64,000 nt of DNA from Macrostomum lignano (taxonomy: Eukaryota), in contig NIVC01000292.1 of assembly GCA_002269645.1 (NCBI GenBank), positions 744,001-808,000 on the forward strand, written 5' to 3'. The translations under genes were made by a program, and so were the position numbers. Of the stretch, positions 57,602 through 64,000 are shown piece by piece (position 1 is the first letter of the stretch; every line of letters starts with the position of its first letter). The notes below the pieces were generated by a model. That model saw only the letters and a program-made list of their open reading frames with translations, had not been told where the DNA came from and ran no database searches.

Positions 57602-58402
57602 TGTGGTGTCTGGCCTGTTGAGTGCTCTTGCACTTTTTGAGTTTTTTCCGTGCTCCCTAGGCGGCCATCCCCGGACCAGTTCTGGCTGCCCAACCAGGCA
57701 GAACTGGTTGGGGGTCGCCCGGCACGGCTTGTGTCTTTCCCCGCGGCGGCCACTGATTGGCTGGGCCTGTGAGTTTGCGCTTTTCGCTCTAGCCCCCATT
57801 CAGTCAGATCTGCTCGGCGGGCACGCTGATTGGCTGAGAGGTCATTTCTTTTGTTGGGCGTTTCTCTCTTTCACACTGTCTGCCCCTCTACCCTGTTTCA
57901 AGCGAGCCGTGTCTAGACGGTCTCTTACTGCGAAGACTCAATTTATTGCATGCCAAGTGGCCAAGTGGTCAAGTGCTAGCGATATTCGAACGAGCTTCGC
58001 AGCTTCTGGCACCGGTAAGACCCCGAGTTCATTCACTTATTTAGCTTTTCTGAGGCCTTGCCGTAGCAGTGGTTCCATGGCTAGAGCGTCATCACGCCTG
58101 CGACTGTGACCACTGCAGCACAGCAGCGTTGTATAATTATTGTAGTACTGTACCGGTTACTTTATATAGTGTGTACAACCTACAGTATCGAAACTAGAAG
58201 CACTCGAGAGTGTCACCACACCTCGAGCTGCAGCGTGAACTCGGAGTGTCACAACACCAGACGGAGCAACCTATTATCGCAGAGCGTCGCCACGCCTGCT
58301 CGTATCCATACAAGTACCAGACAGAGTGTCACTACGCCTGTTATATTACGTATAACATATTGTACCTTGGACTGGGCACTCAAACCGACCCGGGTTACGA
58401 CA
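57602..58402 (+). mobile_element. Solo LTR, 801 bp, carrying a spliced-leader sequence
   Basis: TGTGGT...ACGACA termini; 4-bp TSD ATTT/ATTG (one mismatch). The duplicated segment shows the empty site: TTCATTTGATGCGTGTGCCA at 59822-59842 versus TTC[ATTT]...[ATTG]GATGTGCTTGCCA here. CCAAT boxes (ATTGG) at about 57756 and 57829. Confidence 0.8.
57906..57952 (+). other. Flatworm spliced-leader (SL) exon sequence embedded in the LTR
   Basis: 57915-57952 AGACGGTCTCTTACTGCGAAGACTCAATTTATTGCATG equals the last 38 nt of the Macrostomum SL as recalled from memory (not database-checked). It shows the flatworm SL hallmarks: 5' CCGT...ACGG hairpin and 3' TTTRTTGCATG ending in ATG. Confidence 0.8.
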
Positions 58403-58688
58403 ATTGGATGTGCTTGCCACTTTGCAGAAATATTTTGTTATCTGTTAACTGTTGTCACGACTAGTCAAGAACAGTCGAGGATTAGGGATTTAGGTCGGGA
58501 TTCCGTCCGAGCACTATCATAGGACGGATACTAATGTATACCAGATGAACTTAGAGCACGCATTAGGCATATTTAGCAGAACACTGACATTCACCGAGAT
58601 TTAAAAGCTAAGTTTGAGATGCTAAATCTGAATATTGCTTATTATTGTTAAATAATATTTGCCAAAAAGTTCAGAAAAATGCCACAGC

Positions 58689-59004
58689 TCAGATGCCAAT
58701 TAGAAGAGCCAGCAGAGCGCACAGGCAGTCAATGATGGATGGACAGCAGAATGAGACAGAAGTGCAGGACTTGCCACGGCCTCGTCCAGAGGACACCGGC
58801 GTCATCAGGATTCCCGATGGCATCGAGCACAACTCCAGCGGTGCTGAAGCTGCGGAGCTCGATGCAGCAGCCCCAGAAGGAGAACGGAACGCGGAACAGG
58901 AAGGCGAATATGGCGAGCAAAAGTGCGCAGGCGGATGGTAGCAGCAGCTTGATAAGGCTTCCTAGTGGGACAAATGTCGTGCTGCTGCCAGTAGAAGCTG
59001 CCAT
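58689..59004 (-). pseudogene. Copy B of the 5-TM membrane gene, deleted and frameshifted
   Basis: Keeps only LIKLLLPSACALLLAIFAFLFRVPFSFWG...RPWQVLHFCLILLSI; CCAT duplication near 58735 shifts the frame; exon 1 and the ALLLSLL helix are missing. Confidence 0.8.
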
Positions 59005-59109
59005 TTGCTCAATAATTTAAAAAGGCAGACTGACTATAAGGCACAGTTTAAAGCTGATGGGGTTTTGCAGTGTCCACGGAGCCAGCAACTTCAACTGTCA
59101 AGCTGAAGT

Positions 59110-59720
59110 TCTATTGGCACTTCTGGCCCTTTTGGCACCTCTGGTTTACTGGTTACTTCTGGCACTTCTGGTACCTCTGGAACCTTTTGGTACTTCTGAT
59201 TACTTCTGGCACTGCTGGCACTCGCACTCCTTTGGTACTTCTGGTTACTTCTGGTTTCTTCTGGTTACTTCTGGTTACTTCTGGTTTCTTCTTCTGGTTT
59301 CTTCTGGTTTCTTCTGGTTTCTTCTGGTTACTTCTGGTTACTTCTGGTTACTTCTGGTTACTTCTGGTTACTTCTGGCACTTCAAGTACCTTTGGTACTT
59401 CTGGCACTTCTGGTACCTCTGGAACCTTTTGGTACTTCTGATTACTTCTGGCACTGCTGGCACTCCTTTGGTACTTCTGGTTACTTCTAGTTACTTCTGG
59501 TTTCTTCTGGTTACTTCTGGTTACTTCTGGTTACTTCTGGTTACTTCTGGTTACTTCTGGTTACTTCTGGTTACTTCTGGTTACTTCTGGTTACTTCTGG
59601 TTACTTCTGGTTACTTCTAGTTACTTCTGGTTTCTTCTGGTTACTTCTGGTTACTTCTGGTTACTTCTGGTTACTTCTGGCACTTCAAGTACCTTTGGTA
59701 CTTCTGGCACTTCGTGGTAC
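59110..59720. repeat. 9-10-bp-unit repeat (GGTTACTTCT / GGTACTTCT)
   Basis: Read directly. Confidence 0.9.
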
Positions 59721-60408
59721 AATACTTCCGGTACTCCTACTGTTGAAGCGCCATTTTTTAGCTCAAAAGACACAAAGATAAAGTTTTGCACAGGCAGAGC
59801 CTTGATTAGGAGTATTTTCGTTTCATTTGATGCGTGTGCCATTGTGCATAAGTAGTTATTATTTATATCACTTTTTAGCAACCTTACTTGAAGGAAAGGT
59901 GCTGTCACGACTAGTTAAGAACAATCGGGGATTTGGGATTTGGGTCGGGATCTCCTCCGAGCAACTATAGAATTTTAGGTTCGCATGAAGTCGTGAGTAA
60001 CAAAATAGTGGCATTCACAGTGATTTAAGAGCTAAGTTTGAGATACTGAATCTGAATATTGCTGGTAATCTTGAAATAAATGAGAGAACAAACATTAACT
60101 TGTTTTTATTTACTTAAATTCAATTGCCAATGCATTTCGACTTTGTAGGTCATCGTCAGGGCAGTAGTGAAATTAAAAATTTTAATAAACAGTTGAATAA
60201 ATATACCTGTAATAAGTTGATTACACAATATAAATTAATGTACGTAGTTTTCAATCGAAACAAGTTCTAACACACGGTGCAGTAGCGTACACTCCAAGCT
60301 AAAACACGCTGAGTTGGCGGCACCCCCCATCTTTGATGTACATAGCCTCTAAAGCGAGCAACTCTACCAGGATCTTGAAAGAATCTTTAAGTTCAGAGAA
60401 CTGCAGCC

Positions 60409-61306
60409 TCAGATGCCAATTACAAGAGGCAGCAGAGCGCACAGGCAGTCAATAATGGACAGCAGGATGAGGCAGAAGTGCAGGACGCGCCACGGCCTCG
60501 ACAGCAGGACATTGTCATCAGGATTCCCGATTGCAGCCCGCACCACTCCAGCGGTGCTGAAGTCGCGGAGGTCGCTGCAGCGGCCCCAAAAGGAGAACGG
60601 AACGCGGAACAGGAAGGCGAATATGGCGAGCAAAAGTGCGCAGACGGATGGTAGCAGCAGCTTGATGAGGCCTCTTAGTGGGATAAATTTCTTGAAGGCG
60701 TAGAGATACTGGGCTCGCAGAGCGTTCAGCGGGACAGTGTGCAGCAGCGAGATGAGCAGGCTGAGCAGCAGGGCGCTGCTGCCAGCCCGGATTCTCTTTA
60801 GCTGTTGATCCTTGAGTCGCTTTCGTCTGCGGCCGGGCTGGACTCTCCTGTTGCTGATCCGTAAGTCGCTTTTGTCTGCAAATTTACTGCTTCAGGGTAA
60901 TAGAAGAATTTAATGTAACAAAGCTCAAATTAAAAGGCAGCTAACCTTCTTCGCGAACGGTAGTTACACAGCAGCAGGAGGTGCTGAACACAATCAGTAC
61001 GCCTAGGAGCAGAATGCCAGCAACCACAACAAACACAATGTACAGCGGTTTCAGATGGCTGATCTTGGCGGTGCAGTCTCTGTCAGAGCAGGAGCAGTGA
61101 GATATCAGCTGCTCAGGACACGTTACGTTAAAGGTCAACGTCTGTAGCTCCGAGGCAGCGGTGCAATCTAGCACGAACTGCGACAGGTACAAAATCATGG
61201 CACTTGGAAGGATCAGCCAGCTGAACAATCGTTTCTGAAAGGATTCAGCGTTGCCATCTTCAACAGCAGTTTCGATTGCTTCGGGTATTTTGGCTGCCAC
61301 TTCCAT
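60409..61306 (-). CDS. Unrecognised multi-pass (about 5 TM) membrane protein, copy C, 275 aa
   Basis: Exon 1 61306-60946 (361 nt), 70-nt GT-AG intron, exon 2 60875-60409 (2+465 nt); open frame; close to copy A apart from the repeat. Confidence 0.8.
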
Positions 61307-62256
61307 GATGAATTGAATTTCTATTTCAGTGATAACTGAACTGCGGTTTAATAAATTCACTAAAGAGTTATCAGTTAGTTTCTAGGTAATCCAACCCGTT
61401 CCCATTATAAATTATAGAGCTTAAGGCATGTATGTCCGGCCTCCGTACAGCTATTTTTAGGTATTGCGTTTGGTTTCTCTGTCAACCGCCGATTTCCGGA
61501 GTTGAAGCCGGCATCAACTGCGTACAGCTGGCAAGCATTGAACTAAGCGTGCATGTTTTGCGCGCAAGTCTTTCTGCGACTGTCTTTTTCCAAGAAATTT
61601 CACTGGTTTTCTTTATCTGGTGACTAGGATTGTATTATACATGTATACGATCTAAAATGTGCAAGTTATCCAGAAATTATCTGTCCAAGTAAATTATAGT
61701 TTTATCAGTATTCAACGATTCGAGATAAAGTACGAGCTAAGTGTTGTGCATTTAGACAGTAGGAATAGCCTGTGCCAAAGGGGTTTTGCTCTTTTATTTA
61801 ATAAGCTGCACTGACTATAAGGCACCGCTTAAGCCTCAGTTGCGCACGGCAGTTTTTTCCGTTGCGGCTGGGTGTCAGATGCTGCAAGTCAGTCGATTTG
61901 TTCCGACACACGGCTGTAAAACCCGCTGGTTGGCTATGCAAAATTCTATTTGCCTGCCCATTTTGCCAGGCACAATGGCAAGAGTTGAAATTAATTAGCT
62001 CCTTATTAATGCATCCTACCAGCCCTGCCGAAGCTCATGCGCGCAGAGACGTTGAATGCACAGTACGAGCTAAATTGCCCACCAAGATGCACATGCCAAC
62101 TTCGGAGGCAGATGTTAAGCGTTACGGCCAGAATAGCTCAACTAGCCTTAAACTATACAAATAAACACCGGTGTTTAGCTCAAAGCATTTTTAAAAAAGC
62201 AGCTCAGCTCACAACTCACATATTTTTTTCTTGTCGAAACTCTACATTGAGACTCG

Positions 62257-64000
62257 ATGGAGGCCAACTTAATAGCGGCTCTGGAGACCGGAGACAGCGA
62301 GCGACTGCTGTTCCTGTGCTGCGAAGTCGGCTCCAACATCACCCTGACTGTTGGCGGATATCGTGAAGGCAGAGTGGAGCAGACCCTGGTGCACCACATC
62401 GCATGCAGGACCAACAGTCCGCACTGCCTGGAGATCCTGATCCACCGGTTCGGACCGAGTTGTCTCACCTGCAGGAACCAGTACAACCAGATGCCGGTGC
62501 ACCTGGTCGCGCTGGTCCAGGATGAGACCTGGCTGCCCATGATTCTCACTGCTGCCGGCAGAGACTGCTTCAACCAGCCCGGCCAGTTCGGCCGGACAGC
62601 TGTGCACGCGGCCGCCTCGAACGTACGGACGGGTGCGGTCTTTGACTGGCTGATCAGAACGTGCGGGCGCGACTGTCTCGCCGTTCAGGACGACTACGAA
62701 GACACTCCCGTGCACCAGGCCGCCATGAAGAGGGACTACCGGTCCATGGAGCTCATCAAGTCGCTGATCGGTCCTTCTGTCTTCTATTTCCAAGGTCGAT
62801 GCCAGCGAACTGCCATCCACTGCGCCGCCATGAACAAACAGGACAACTCGAGTCTTAAGTGGCTGGTCGGTGAATGCGGCAGCGGCTGCCTGACTCTGAA
62901 GGACGGCCAGGGCAGCACGCCGCTTCACCTGGCTGCGCTCTACCAGAGGGCGGACTCGCTGCAGTTCCTCGCTGACCAGGTCGGCACGGAGGCTTTCTCA
63001 GCCAAGAACAACAGCGGGTGGACGGTGGTGCACCTGGCTGCGCAGAATACAGTGAGCGACTCCGCTCTCGCCTGGTGCATCAGCAACTTGGGCCCGCACT
63101 GCCTGGTCGCCAGCGACTCACGTGGCCGAACACTAGCTCACCTGGCCGCTCAACACCAAAGTGTGGAATCGTTGAATCGCATTAAGGACTCGCTTGGCCC
63201 ATCGGCTTTTCAGCTTCCTGACAGCGAGGGAAACTCGGCGTCCAACTACGCTAGAAGGAACAGCAGGAGTAGCCAGGTGCTCAGCTGGATGACGCAGACG
63301 CAGAATCAATTTCCAGCGCAGGAACCGTCGCTGGGATTGGATTCGAAGCTGCCAATCAGCACGTACTCCGATTCCGCCTCCCCCATGCAGAGCGGATTGG
63401 ATTCGAAGCTGCCAATCAGCACGTACTCCGATTCCGCCTCCCCCATGCAGAGCGCGGCCAGCGTTGTTCAAGTGAGTAAAAATCGACGCGATGACAGCTC
63501 AGGTACAGCCGTCTCGCCGGTTTCTGGAGCTTCAGCAGCTTCTGCCTCACAACCGGGACGAAGAAGCTCTCAGATGGAGCGTTTAGCCACGCATTCGGGA
63601 CGCCAAGGCTCGGAGCAGCCGCCTTCGCTCTCAAATAGAACGTCATCAGAGTATTCGTACGTCTGAGAACAAATTTGAACATGCTTCGATTTTAACCATT
63701 CTACGAGCGTACGTTACTTCCAAACTAAAAAACATCAACTTTCGCTATTTTAGGTGCCCACCGGAACTGGATCCAAGCTTTGCTAGCTGGAAATTTATTC
63801 TAGACGGTGGCAAGAAGCACCCAATCGGAAGGGGCGGCTTCGGCAAGGTGTACAAGGTGCTGACTGACAAGCTTCAGACGGTGGCCGTCAAGATTGTCAA
63901 GCTCAATGACACCAAGAACCCCACAAAGCTTGCAAAGGCAATTGAACGCGAGAGGCTGGGCATTGAGATTCTGAAAGGCATTCGACACTTGAACATAATG
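62257..64000 (+). CDS. Ankyrin-repeat protein kinase (about 9 ANK repeats, Ser-rich linker, kinase N-lobe); runs off the window end
   Basis: ANK motifs (GRTAVHAAA, GSTPLHLAA, GWTVVHLAA) at 35-36-aa spacing; donor GTACGT at 63657 (phase 2), acceptor at 63753; next exon reads IGRGGFGKVYK..VAVKIV..E..IRHLNIM. Confidence 0.88.

Noticed and set aside
57906-58060. Canonical SL RNA gene
   Set aside because: The leader is not followed directly by GT and it lies inside an LTR with a TSD; kept as an SL-sequence finding instead.
58083-58340. CRISPR-like appearance of spaced 18-bp motifs and of the many regular arrays
   Set aside because: Eukaryotic context, no cas genes, irregular spacing; the other arrays have no unique spacers.

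Overview
Eukaryotic (metazoan) genomic DNA with GC-rich exons, GT-AG introns and very dense tandem repeats. The source is most likely the flatworm Macrostomum lignano or a relative. This is an inference from a 38-nt match to the Macrostomum spliced leader (SL) as I recall it, plus the repeat-rich style. Host genes, left to right: a compact plakin-family gene (spectrin-like/SH3 plus plectin repeats) whose introns are almost all filled by different tandem repeats; a cyclin G-like gene; two tandem intronless class A GPCRs; a decayed kinase; three copies (two intact, one deleted) of an unrecognised roughly 5-TM membrane protein; and the start of an ankyrin-repeat protein kinase. Mobile DNA: an intact BEL/Pao LTR retrotransposon with apparently identical LTRs, a defective Mag-type Ty3/gypsy element, two solo LTRs, a non-LTR fragment and foldback-like repeats. 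The most striking observation is an 801-bp solo LTR (57602-58402), whose empty site is visible in a neighbouring duplicate. It carries a genomically encoded flatworm SL sequence downstream of two CCAAT boxes, followed by a splice donor. All alignments, gene models and counts were done by eye.
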